59,541 nucleotides of DNA from NCBI GenBank assembly GCA_036172345.1, contig JASFBB010000034.1, forward strand, positions 1-59,541, read 5' to 3'. A program made the translations under genes and the position numbers. Below, in pieces: positions 1-9,751 of this stretch. Source of the DNA: Anaerolineae bacterium (lineage in GTDB: Bacteria > Chloroflexota > Anaerolineae > 4572-78 > NAK82). The notes under the pieces are model-generated. The model searched no databases. It saw only the letters and a list, made by a program, of their open reading frames with translations, and had not been told where the DNA came from. Within the stretch, counting starts at the first letter, position 1. Each line of letters begins with the position of its first letter.

Positions 1-2
1 GC

Positions 3-593
3 ACGAAGGCCCAGCTCAAGCGAGTACTCAGGGAGATGACCAGGCAGCTGCAGAAAACCGTAATATATGTTACGCACGATCAGACCGATGCGATGAGCTT
101 GGCAGACCAGATCGCACTGATGAAAGACGGCGAGATCGTGCAAGTCGAAACTCCTAGAATTCTCTATAATCAGCCCAGCACTATGTTTGGTGGGTGGTTT
201 CTCGGCAACCCAGGGATGAATTTCTTGGATCATGAGCTCAGGTCTACCGAGGATGGTCAAGATCTCATTTCGCCTCTGTTCGCTGCACCAGTGCGGGTGC
301 AGGCTGCTAGCCAACACAAACGGGTTACAGTTGGCATCCGTCCTGAGCATATCCGATTGCAGCGCGGGCAAACGTCCACTTCCGTGCTGGGAAGGATTGT
401 CCGCAAGGCGATCACAGTTGGCGGCCAGTATCTAATGGTGATCCAGCTTGGGGAGTACCAGTTAAAGGCAAAAGTTGATCCTTACCTTGGTCACCAGTTG
501 GAGAATGAGGTGTGGGTCGAATGCCCTTTGGAGCGGATCGTCCTATTCGGAGCGGATGGGAAGCGAGTCGAGGCGACCCTATCGCTCCGGTAG
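3..593 (+). CDS. ABC transporter ATP-binding subunit, MalK/UgpC type (5' end outside window)
   Basis: Frame is open from nt 3. 'KTVIYVTHDQTDAMSLADQIALMKDGEIVQ' is the D-loop/H-loop region, followed by a MalK-type C-terminal regulatory domain ('FLGNPGMNFL'). Confidence 0.85.
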   Translation, partial: TKAQLKRVLREMTRQLQKTVIYVTHDQTDAMSLADQIALMKDGEIVQVETPRILYNQPSTMFGGWFLGNPGMNFLDHELRSTEDGQDLISPLFAAPVRVQAASQHKRVTVGIRPEHIRLQRGQTSTSVLGRIVRKAITVGGQYLMVIQLGEYQLKAKVDPYLGHQLENEVWVECPLERIVLFGADGKRVEATLSLR

Positions 594-626
594 AGGTGTA
601 GCCAGTTCTGTGGAGGCTTTCTTATT

Positions 627-1622
627 ATGAAGAAATTCATCAATGACCCATTTGACGTTGTAGACGAGATGTTGGAAGGTTTTCTGGCCGTGCATTCTCG
701 CTATGTGCGCAAGATGGAGTCTGTCAGGGCTGTTGTCAGAACTGACGCGCCAGTACAGGGCAAAGTGGGGATTGTCACAGGTGGCGGCTCAGGTCATAAG
801 CCGGCCTTTATAGGTTTCATCGGTAAAGGTATGCTCGACGCAGTGGCCGTAGGCGAGATCTTTACCTCTCCCCCCCCGAACGCAATCTTGGAAGCAGCGA
901 AAGCGGTCAATAGCGGGAGGGGGGTACTCTTTCTACTAGGGAACTATGCTGGCGACGTGATGAATTTCCAGCTGGCCGCCGAGATGGCCAGAGCTGAGGG
1001 TATACCAGTCGAGCAAGCGATTGCAACAGACGATATCGCCTCAGCTCCCAAAGAGAGGATAAATAACAGGCGTGGGGTCGTAGGTGAATTTCTGATCTGG
1101 AAGACTGTGGGTGCAAAGGCCGAGTCAGGAGGAACGTTGGAGGAATGCAAGGCTGTTGCGGAGAAGGTTAATCAAAACACTCGCACCCTTGGGGTGGCCT
1201 CGGCACCTTGCACGGTACCGGCCAAAGGAAGCCCCACCTTCGTGCTAGCCGACGATGAGATTGAATATGGAGTAGGGCATCATGGAGAGCCTGGCACTGC
1301 AAGGATCAAGATGGTACCAGCTGACCAAATCGCGGAGCGGATGACCCTGGAGATAATCGAAGATCTCCCCTTCAAACCGGGAGATGAGGTGGCCGTTCTG
1401 ATCAATGGTTTGGGAGCTACACCGGCATTAGAGCTGTACATTGTCTACCGAAGGGTTAAGCAGGTGCTCAATGCAGAGAACATTCATATCGCACGCTCGT
1501 ATGTGGGTGAATTTTTCACAGCTTTGGAAATGGCAGGGTTCTCTATCACTCTCACACGGCTTGATTCCGAGATAATATCCCTACTTGACGCACCGGCCGA
1601 TACGCCCTACTACCGACTCTGA
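627..1622 (+). CDS. dhaK: dihydroxyacetone kinase, DHA-binding subunit DhaK
   Basis: 331 aa with 'KKFINDPFDVVDEMLEGF' and the 'GGGSGHKPAF' Dak1 signature. Only 12 nt separate it from dhaL. Confidence 0.9.
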   Translation: MKKFINDPFDVVDEMLEGFLAVHSRYVRKMESVRAVVRTDAPVQGKVGIVTGGGSGHKPAFIGFIGKGMLDAVAVGEIFTSPPPNAILEAAKAVNSGRGVLFLLGNYAGDVMNFQLAAEMARAEGIPVEQAIATDDIASAPKERINNRRGVVGEFLIWKTVGAKAESGGTLEECKAVAEKVNQNTRTLGVASAPCTVPAKGSPTFVLADDEIEYGVGHHGEPGTARIKMVPADQIAERMTLEIIEDLPFKPGDEVAVLINGLGATPALELYIVYRRVKQVLNAENIHIARSYVGEFFTALEMAGFSITLTRLDSEIISLLDAPADTPYYRL

Positions 1623-1634
1623 GGCAAGGCAGTT

Positions 1635-2285
1635 ATGGCTGATAAGATAACGTCTGACGATATATTACGCATCATAAAAGATATGTGCGATACTCTCGAA
1701 CAGGAGAAAGAGTACCTGTCGGAGCTGGATGGTGCCATAGGGGATGGTGACCACGGCGTCAATATGGCCAAGTGCTTTCGCGATATCCGGAAACAACTGC
1801 CTAATTATGAGAACAAGGACATCGGAACCATCCTTAAAAGTGTGGGGATGATAGTGCTAAACTCTGTCGGCGGAGCGATGGGAGCCTTGTATGGGACTAT
1901 GTTTCTCCGATTGGCACAGGAAGCCACCGGCAAGGAGGAGCTCAAACTGTCTGATTTGGTAAAAATGTTTGAAGCGGCGGAAAAAGGGGTTAGGGAGATC
2001 GGTAAAGCTGAAGTGGGCGACAAGACGATGCTCGACACCCTTGCCCCAGCTGTTGCGTCGTTGGAAGAAGCAGAACAAAATGGTAAGCCCCTTGCAGACG
2101 CTTTGGCTGATTTCGAAGTCGCTGCCAGGAAAGGCATGGAGTCCACTCGCGATCTAGTTGCTAAGGTTGGACGGTCAAGTCGGTTGGGAACCAGGACACT
2201 TGGCCATCAAGATGCTGGTGCTACCTCCTGCTATTTTATCCTGCGTGCTTTTTCTCGCGTAGTGAGATCAGAGCAAACAAAATAA
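1635..2285 (+). CDS. dhaL: dihydroxyacetone kinase, ADP-binding subunit DhaL
   Basis: 216 aa with the Dak2 nucleotide/Mg motif 'LSELDGAIGDGDHGVNM'. Confidence 0.9.
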   Translation: MADKITSDDILRIIKDMCDTLEQEKEYLSELDGAIGDGDHGVNMAKCFRDIRKQLPNYENKDIGTILKSVGMIVLNSVGGAMGALYGTMFLRLAQEATGKEELKLSDLVKMFEAAEKGVREIGKAEVGDKTMLDTLAPAVASLEEAEQNGKPLADALADFEVAARKGMESTRDLVAKVGRSSRLGTRTLGHQDAGATSCYFILRAFSRVVRSEQTK

Positions 2286-2436
2286 GACCCTGAGCGCACA
2301 GATCTTCACCACAACCCTTGTGGAAGCTGCTATCTTGGTTATGTTGAAACGAACCTCTGGAAGTTACCAACCGCATTCAGCCGTGTGGTTCAGCATGAAA
2401 GGTTTCATCCAGCCGCTCTAGATACTATCTGGAGAT

Positions 2437-3504
2437 TCACTTCAGTTGGCCGCCTGACGGATCAAAGGAGACTTTGATCACTGGTTCTTGCATATCTTTC
2501 TGAAGCTTTAGCTCGACAGCTTTCACAAAGTCTTTGAGCTCAAAGACATGGGTGACCATACGCTTAGTGTTGACTACACTGCTGGCGATTAAGCGGATGG
2601 CAACCGGGAAATAGTGCGGGCTTAAGTGCCCACCTTGAATCACCAACTCCTTGAATTCCCCTATCTGGTTGAAGTCCACTGTCGCGGGCTGAGAATAGAC
2701 CCCGTATATAAAGAGTTTGCCACCCTTACGCAAGGATTCGACCCCCGTATTTATCGAGGCTGGCTGCCCCGACATTTCCATGTATAGATCACAACCCCGA
2801 CCGTCAGTCAACTTGCGGATTTCAGCTGGCACATCCACCTTGCTCACGTTGATAACTGCATGGGCACCCATCTCCGAGGCAATCTGAAGAAGAACATCCT
2901 GCGTGTCCAAGGCGATCAGCATACGCGGATGCTTAAGGCGCGCTATTTGCAATGCAGACAATCCAATGGGACCCAAACCTGCGATGACAACCGCATCATC
3001 AAGACCAACCCCTGCTTTTTCGACAGCATACGCACTGCAAGACACCGGCTCAGCCATAGCTGCTTCGATAAGAGGGATATGCTGTGGCACTTTATAGATG
3101 CGAGCGTTGCTTGGCAGGCGCATATACTCCGCCCAGCCACCATTGATAGTGACGCCAATAAATTGCTGATTGGTACAAAGCTGATATGCGCCGCGCTGGC
3201 AGTACCAGCATCGCGTACAAGGGATGACTGGTTCGACGGCCACTCTGTCGCCGAGAGTAAGGCCAAATTTCTCAGCAGCACCATCACCTAACTCAACCAC
3301 TATGCCGGCTACCTCATGGCCGGTGATAAAGGGGAAAGGTAGCTTCCAGGGGCCGTGCGTGTAAAACTTGCGGTCGGCAGCGCAAATGCCTGCACCGCCG
3401 ACGCGAATAACCACCTCGCCAGGACCAGCGTGAGGTCTGGGCACTTCTTCGAGACGAAAGTCCCCGTACGCATAGACCATCACAGCTTTCATTGTATCTT
3501 CCAT
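2437..3504 (-). CDS. Zn-dependent medium-chain polyol/alcohol dehydrogenase (sorbitol/threonine dehydrogenase-like)
   Basis: 355 aa with 'GHEVAGIVVELG', structural-Zn Cys cluster 'CTRCWYCQRGAYQLC' and Rossmann motif 'VIAGLGPIGL'. GGTGGAG lies just upstream of the ATG at 3504. Confidence 0.85.
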   Translation of the reverse strand: MEDTMKAVMVYAYGDFRLEEVPRPHAGPGEVVIRVGGAGICAADRKFYTHGPWKLPFPFITGHEVAGIVVELGDGAAEKFGLTLGDRVAVEPVIPCTRCWYCQRGAYQLCTNQQFIGVTINGGWAEYMRLPSNARIYKVPQHIPLIEAAMAEPVSCSAYAVEKAGVGLDDAVVIAGLGPIGLSALQIARLKHPRMLIALDTQDVLLQIASEMGAHAVINVSKVDVPAEIRKLTDGRGCDLYMEMSGQPASINTGVESLRKGGKLFIYGVYSQPATVDFNQIGEFKELVIQGGHLSPHYFPVAIRLIASSVVNTKRMVTHVFELKDFVKAVELKLQKDMQEPVIKVSFDPSGGQLK

Positions 3505-3714
3505 AATTCTCCACCTCTCATTGAATTGCTAAGATCCTTTTAATCTGCCAATCTGCCCCAGCGATGATCTCAAACTTACTTTCCACCGCCGGGCCGCCAT
3601 CAACGACGTAACTGTGCCTGCTCCCTCACAATCTAAATACCGACCTCGTTCGCTAGAGTTACGTTAAGCTACACTATGCCCCACGCTAATCTGAGCGCCA
3701 GCACCCAGCTCCTG

Positions 3715-5255
3715 TCACGTAGATTGTGCAATTTCCGCCATTTCATCCCAAACATCCCACGTCGCCTGGTAAAGGCGCCGGAAGATGTAGTAGATGCGCG
3801 CGTACTGGGCAGCACATCCAGGCTCAGGCAAACACTCACTCACTGGACGAACCATCGCGGCGACTGCCTGGTGATAGTCAGAAAACAGGCCAACCGCCAC
3901 AGCTGCATTTATTGCAGCTCCCTTGGCACCTAGCTCGACCCCTTCGAATAGTCTCATCGTCTTCCCCGTAACATTTGCCAGCATTTGCACCCAGAACGTA
4001 CTGCGAGCACCTCCTCCAGCCAACCTTACTGCGTTGACCTCAGCGGCCATATGTGCGTACAGTCGCGCAAAGCCAGAGCCACCCCTTAATAAACGGCACG
4101 TAACAGGTGATAACGTGTGTGAACAATGCTTAACCCGAAGAACTGGGCACGTGCCGTCGGCTTCACAAATGGAGCACGCTCACCACTGGGGTTGATAAAA
4201 GGATGGTAAATAACCCCACCCGCACCGGCAGGGATGAGACCCATTTTCTCCTCCAACCAGCTGTATATGTCCTGCCTATGCTGCTGGGCGGCAAGGAGAT
4301 CCTCCTGACAGAAATGTTCAATGTACCAATCCACACTTAGCGTACCACTCATAGCGGGCAATACACGGAGCCACCGATCGCGAGGCGCATAGCACATGGT
4401 ATAGCCAATGCCAGGTGGGTCAGTCAACGGTCGGTCAAGCACCATTTCGTGGATACCCGCCGTCCCGATGATGGAGCAAGCGTCACCTGCCTCCAATGCC
4501 CCGACACCCAGAGCAGCGGCGGCCACATCGAACGGCCCAGCAACAACCGGGGTATCAGGTGCTAACCCCAACTCGTCGGCGACGCGACGTTGCAGAGGTG
4601 CCTTATTTTCATACGCCGCATAGACCGGTGGCAGGAGTGACTGCCAGGCCTCAAGACCAAGCAGGGCCAAAACCTGCTCAGAGTAAGTGCGGTGTCGAAC
4701 GTCGAAGAAAGTGTGTGATACGTCCGATTCATCGCTGGAGACGTGGCCCGTCATCCGGAAAAAAACCCAATCTTTGGCGTGGACGGCGGCGCGAGACCTA
4801 GCAAGTGCCTCAGGTTCGTGAGCAGCCAGCCAACACAACTGCGACGATTGACTAGCAGGGTTGGGCACCGTGCCAGTGATGGCAAAAACGCGTTGACTTA
4901 ACCCTTCAGATAACCAACGCGCTACCAGATCCCCGCTGCGACCATCCAGCCAGATAATGGCACGTCGGACGGGTTGTCCATCGTGCCCAATCAACCAGGT
5001 TCCATCCCCTTGTCCAGTGATACCGATCGCTACGATATCTCTCCCTTGGAGCCCGCTTTGTGCCATCACTTGAGCTATGGTGTGCTTCACGGTTTGCCAA
5101 ACAACTTCCATATCTTGCTCAGCCCAACCTGGCATTGGCATCAACGTTTCGCTTTTCGCCGAAGCGGTCCAATGCTCCTGGCCACTCATATCGAAGACGG
5201 CGCTCTTGATGGCTGAGGTCCCGACATCAACGCCCAAGATGAAATCCGCAGCCAT
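3715..5255 (-). pseudogene. FGGY-family carbohydrate kinase (xylulokinase-like) broken by an in-frame TAA and a 1-nt frameshift
   Basis: ORF 5255-4086 is the N-terminal 389 aa ('FILGVDVGTSAIKSAVFD'). ORF 4050-3715 is the C-terminal 111 aa ('RLAGGGARSTFWVQMLANVTG'). The junction on the minus strand reads CGT GCC GTT TAT TAA GGG GTG GCT CTG GCT TTG CGC GAC TGT (RAVY*GVALALRDC). The frame then slips by one base before ATG GCC GCT GAG (MAAEV). Confidence 0.8.
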
Positions 5256-5469
5256 AGCTCCCCTCTTTTATTTCAGGCACTCGAAGCCTTCGATCCACCA
5301 GAAAGCGAGAAACCTGTAGGCGGATGCCTTCTTCGTCACTGTCCTTAGGGGTGGCGACATCCGACGCGGGCTCATCCTCAAGGACAGGACATCCGCACGG
5401 TTGCAACATCCCTAAACTGCCATATGCGACTTTCAAGAGAAAACTTTATATGCTTATGCCAGGTGCTCA

Positions 5470-6495
5470 TTAGCGTTGCGGCTCGATGATCACTTTGATT
5501 GAATCACGTGCTTGAGCCACCAGTTGATAACCCAATTGGATTTCGGCCAAACTCAGGCGGTGGGTGATCATCTCGGCTACACGCACACTCCGAGTACGAA
5601 TTAGCTCCAAGGCTACGACAGCATCCCTTGGGCCACCGGAATATGAGCCAACGAATGTGATCTCCTTGAGCAACAGATCGTTGACGGAAAAAGGCAGCGT
5701 ATCCCCAGGGCCGGTGAGAGCGAAGAATAGAATAGTACCGCCTGGTTCGACTGAGCGTAGAGCATGCTGCAATGCAAGCAATGCTCCCGTAGTCGTCACT
5801 ACAAGATCAGCTAGACGACCATTGTTGACCTCGCGCAATCGCTCAGGTGTATACTCCTGAGCATGCCAGACAACATCGGCGCCAAATCGGCGCGCTGCAT
5901 CCAGGCGATAATCGTTTATATCGGTCGCCATAACCCGGCGGGCCGCTAGCGCACGAGCCAGCTGGATGTGCAGCAGCCCAACAATCCCGCTACCTATTAC
6001 TAGCACACTGTGACCAGCTTCCATTCGTGCTAGCCGCATGCCGCGCACGACACAGGCTAGAGGTTCGACAAAGGTGCCCTCCTCATATGAGACATTATCA
6101 GGTAGCAGGTAGACACCACGCTCAACATTGATAGCCGGTACCCGCACGAACTCTGCAAAGCCACCGGGATAAAAGTTAGTGATGTGGAAAGTCTCACATG
6201 TCGTATGGTGTCCGTTTAGACAACGGTGGCAGATATTGCAGGGTACATGATGATACACAAAGACGCGGTCCCCTACCCGGTACTGCGATACCCCCAAACC
6301 CAAAGCCACTACTTGACCAGCGATTTCGTGGCCCGGCACTTGGCCGATCTTGTGCTTTCGATACCACTCCACGACATCGCTACCACAGATTCCGCTGGCC
6401 TCCACACGCACTAGTAGCTCTCCGGGCCCAATATCCGGTACAGGCATTTCTTCCACCCGGACGTCGTTGACACCATAGTACACTGCAGCGCGCAT
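5470..6495 (-). CDS. Zn-dependent medium-chain polyol/alcohol dehydrogenase
   Basis: 341 aa with 'ICGSDV', 'GHEIAGQVVALG', 'CNICHRCLNGHHTTC' and 'VLVIGSGIVGL'. Confidence 0.85.
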   Translation of the reverse strand: MRAAVYYGVNDVRVEEMPVPDIGPGELLVRVEASGICGSDVVEWYRKHKIGQVPGHEIAGQVVALGLGVSQYRVGDRVFVYHHVPCNICHRCLNGHHTTCETFHITNFYPGGFAEFVRVPAINVERGVYLLPDNVSYEEGTFVEPLACVVRGMRLARMEAGHSVLVIGSGIVGLLHIQLARALAARRVMATDINDYRLDAARRFGADVVWHAQEYTPERLREVNNGRLADLVVTTTGALLALQHALRSVEPGGTILFFALTGPGDTLPFSVNDLLLKEITFVGSYSGGPRDAVVALELIRTRSVRVAEMITHRLSLAEIQLGYQLVAQARDSIKVIIEPQR

Positions 6496-6766
6496 GTGAA
6501 AGGCTCCCTACTACCAAAAAGAGGAGATTGGAATTAATGATATTCTATAGCTTGACCACTGGCAAGTCGAAAAGATCTCTATGAACTTTAGTAAACGCTC
6601 AACTTGACACGATATTGGGCAGTTCCCCATACCGACCTAACCAGGGAAATATTCTCCGTTGCACCCTCATACAGCTCGGTACGCAAATGTATTTTGGCCA
6701 CTTCTAGCGCTAGCAGCCTAAGGGCTGGCGAGGATCACGATGTGCTTGTTCACTCCGGTTTTTGCT

Positions 6767-7411
6767 TCAACGTTGGCCATACTGGTTGGCATACAGGGCA
6801 GCTATCTCGGCCAGCTGCTCCGCTGTTAGGAGGATAGGCTGGCCACGTGTCATCGCCAAATGTGTGATCTTGGCAATTTCCTCCACCTCGACTGCTATCT
6901 TAGTCGCTACCCAGGGTGACGAGCCGATGGTGAAGATACCATGGTTCTGCATAATGATAGCCTGTGATTTGCCAATCTTCCGGACGATTTCAGCACCAAT
7001 GGCTTCGCCGCCGATGGGCACGTACGCACCCAGTGGCACCTCACCACCCAGCATAGCACTGGCAGTCAAACAGGCTGGGATGGGTTGTCCTAGCACAGCA
7101 AAAGTGGAAGCATACGGCGAGTGAGTGTGAGCTATGCCAAATACGTCAGGCCGATGGCGGTAGACGTACAAGTGGGTGCTGGTATCTATAGAAGGCACCA
7201 AGGTGCCCTCGACTACCTTGCCCTCTAAATCTACTACCACCATATGGGCTGGGGTCAGATCTTCATAGCGGTAGCCACTTGGTTTGATTACCACCAGGTC
7301 AGTGTCAGGATCACGCCCACTTACATTACCACTGGTCATTTTGACCAGTCCGTTTTTTGGCAGCTCTAAGTTGCACTTCCAAACTTCTTCACGGAGCGTC
7401 TCTAACATCAT
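6767..7411 (-). CDS. araD: L-ribulose-5-phosphate 4-epimerase / class II aldolase family
   Basis: 214 aa, colinear by eye with E. coli AraD: 'LPKNGLVKMTSGNVSGRD', 'VIKPSG', 'PSIDTSTH', 'IAHTHSPYAS'. Confidence 0.8.
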   Translation of the reverse strand: MMLETLREEVWKCNLELPKNGLVKMTSGNVSGRDPDTDLVVIKPSGYRYEDLTPAHMVVVDLEGKVVEGTLVPSIDTSTHLYVYRHRPDVFGIAHTHSPYASTFAVLGQPIPACLTASAMLGGEVPLGAYVPIGGEAIGAEIVRKIGKSQAIIMQNHGIFTIGSSPWVATKIAVEVEEIAKITHLAMTRGQPILLTAEQLAEIAALYANQYGQR

Positions 7412-7456
7412 ATCGGCATCACCCCCAATCTAGAATATAAACCACCTTGACAGTGT

Positions 7457-8887
7457 TTAAGGATCACCACTATGAACTAATGCCCCTCCTTGCAATGTCA
7501 GTCTCTCCAAAAGCTGGCACAACTTGCGCCGATACCGTCGCGGATCAGTATACTTGTTCCATAACCGACGCGCTGTGCGTTTCAGCTGATTAATCGGCTT
7601 GCGTCTCTGGCTCTCAGCCAACGCCCACCGCATAAACTCCCAGTCGTGTCCCTTGATCTTCAGCTCGGTGGGATTGCGCCTGTATGAGTCGTAATCCTCA
7701 ATCAGCGAGAGTCCGTGCTCCATTGTGTAGTCATATAGATCGGTGCCGGGATGCGGCGTATAGAACGCCGGGCTATAATAGTCCGGATCGATCTCTTTAA
7801 GCATCGACACTGTCTCCAGCACTTCTTCTTGTGTCTCAGTGGGCATGCCGAGCATATAGTTTGCCCAGATAGTCAGGCCATACTTGCGGCAGATCTTCGC
7901 CGCTTCCAGATTAATGCGCCGAGTGGTGCCCTTGCGCAGGAACTTCAGCACGCGATCTGAGCCCGATTCAAAACCGATGAACAATCCCTTCAGCCCATTT
8001 GCCGCCATCAGGGCCACCGTCTCTTCGTGACGCACCATTAGATCGGCGCGTGCCTGACAGAAATAGGGCTGCCAAAACCCTCCCGTCCGGTATGCTTCCA
8101 CGAACTCCTCGCACCACCGATGGTCTTCCAGAAGACAATCATCGTGAAACATAAAGCTATTGAAATGATAGCGCTCCCGCAGCTCTTTGAGCTCGCCAAT
8201 AATATTGGACACCGAACGCCGACGCGTTCCTTTGCCGAACAAGAAATCCTCAGCCGGCTTGCAGAAGCTACAATTGTACATACAACCACGACCAGCAATG
8301 ATGGTGACAAAGGGCGGCGGCAGCTCCTCCACAAAGGGCACCTCAGGCGATCCCAGGTCATAGCCGAACTTGCGCCACTCATTGAGAAAGAGATCACGGT
8401 CGGCATAGGGTAACCGATCGAGATTGGGGTGGATGCCGATCAATAAGCGATCTTCCGGTGGTTGCCTTTCCGCGATGGCGCGTAACAAATTAGTGAACGT
8501 GATCTCCCCCTCCGCGACCACTACATAATCCACGCGCGGGTTGTCGAGCACACTCTGCGGCTCAAATGAAGGATGCGGTCCGCCCACCACAGTGACTGTA
8601 TCCGGCTTCGCTTCTTTGATGATCTCGACCGCCTTCATCACCGGATTGAAATCCACGCTCATCATCGTCAGGCCAACGATATCGGGGCTCCGTTGCAGAA
8701 ACTCCCGACGGAAATGGTCCCAGCCATCCAGAGCTCGCAGGTCGATCAAATCAATGGCAAAACCGTGGGCACGGGCGTAAGCGGAGATGCTCGCCAAACC
8801 GTGGCTGATCCAACCCGAGTCCATGCCCTGTTTCAAACTGTTAAACCCTTTGCCCGCGATGCCAGCGTAAATAAGCGTCGTCCTCAT
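7457..8887 (-). CDS. B12-binding-domain radical SAM enzyme (class B rSAM), paralogue A
   Basis: N-terminal cobalamin-binding-type domain ('DIVGLTMMS...TVVGGPHPS') and CX3CX2C motif 'GRGCMYNCSFC'. I place the start at ATG 8887 ('MRTTLIYAG'), 10 nt after the upstream stop, rather than at 8938. Confidence 0.85.
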   Translation of the reverse strand: MRTTLIYAGIAGKGFNSLKQGMDSGWISHGLASISAYARAHGFAIDLIDLRALDGWDHFRREFLQRSPDIVGLTMMSVDFNPVMKAVEIIKEAKPDTVTVVGGPHPSFEPQSVLDNPRVDYVVVAEGEITFTNLLRAIAERQPPEDRLLIGIHPNLDRLPYADRDLFLNEWRKFGYDLGSPEVPFVEELPPPFVTIIAGRGCMYNCSFCKPAEDFLFGKGTRRRSVSNIIGELKELRERYHFNSFMFHDDCLLEDHRWCEEFVEAYRTGGFWQPYFCQARADLMVRHEETVALMAANGLKGLFIGFESGSDRVLKFLRKGTTRRINLEAAKICRKYGLTIWANYMLGMPTETQEEVLETVSMLKEIDPDYYSPAFYTPHPGTDLYDYTMEHGLSLIEDYDSYRRNPTELKIKGHDWEFMRWALAESQRRKPINQLKRTARRLWNKYTDPRRYRRKLCQLLERLTLQGGALVHSGDP

Positions 8888-8897
8888 AAACTTCACC

Positions 8898-9746
8898 TCA
8901 CTGCACTGCCGGGGGTGTGATGACCACCGGACGGTCAAAAGCAGACAGAGTCAAAAACCAAGAAATCGCTTCCTTGTTCTCGGTAGCCTGTTCCTCGATC
9001 TGCGCCTGATATAAGAGGAATGTTTGCTTTCCTACCCATACGTCAATGACAGCTCCCCCTCCTTCACCAGAGGTGGTCACATTGACACCCGGCGCACCAC
9101 GTGCTTGCAAATGATAAGCGGGCACGCCTTGTACTTCGTCAGAACCGACCATATGCCACTCCAAAGCCGCCAGCAAGGCGGGCAGCCCCTGCTCGGGATT
9201 GAACCATACAGAGGGCGAGATAGACCAACTTATCTCCGGGGAGAGCTTTTCCCACTTGCCGGTAAGAGGGTTGTTGAGATATACCCGGCCTTGGTAGCGT
9301 ACCAGCTCCAGATGTGTCGAAGCACCCAAAATGGTCACCGTAACACGGGCACGCAGCTGATCAGGTCGCACAACGTCGCCCTCGATTCCGGTCAAAAGGA
9401 CAGGCAGCGGCAAGTTCAACGGTGACCCTATATTGGGTTTGCTGCCGCTGGGACGAACTGAAAAATGAAAGGTTTCCACCTTGGCCATACGCACTGCAGC
9501 TCGTTTGGCTATATCGTGTGCACTCAACTGTGTGGCTGAGGGTGACACTGAGCTGCTCAGCTCGGTAGGTGTGGGCGTGAGCGTCGGTATGGAGAAGGGT
9601 GTCGGCGTGACAGCTAGCATAGTGGGCAAACTGACGTTACACGCCACCACGAACGCCATCAGAGTAGAAGCTATGGCGAAATGCCATAAGTTCCATCTGC
9701 CCCGCCGAATTCTCTCCACTAACATGTCCTTGTGGCACTTGCTCAT
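8898..9746 (-). CDS. lipoprotein with LolA/LprG (LppX_LprAFG)-like domain
   Basis: Signal peptide plus lipobox 'AFVVAC', then a Thr/Pro linker. A ~200-aa domain follows ('ETFHFSV...LTGIEGDVVRPDQL...VRYQGRVYLNNPLTGKWEKL') whose pattern resembles LprG/LppX lipid-binding lipoproteins. Start chosen at ATG 9746, 5 nt after the upstream stop. The family call is pattern-based only. Confidence 0.55.
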   Translation of the reverse strand: MSKCHKDMLVERIRRGRWNLWHFAIASTLMAFVVACNVSLPTMLAVTPTPFSIPTLTPTPTELSSSVSPSATQLSAHDIAKRAAVRMAKVETFHFSVRPSGSKPNIGSPLNLPLPVLLTGIEGDVVRPDQLRARVTVTILGASTHLELVRYQGRVYLNNPLTGKWEKLSPEISWSISPSVWFNPEQGLPALLAALEWHMVGSDEVQGVPAYHLQARGAPGVNVTTSGEGGGAVIDVWVGKQTFLLYQAQIEEQATENKEAISWFLTLSAFDRPVVITPPAVQ

Positions 9747-9751
9747 TTCGG

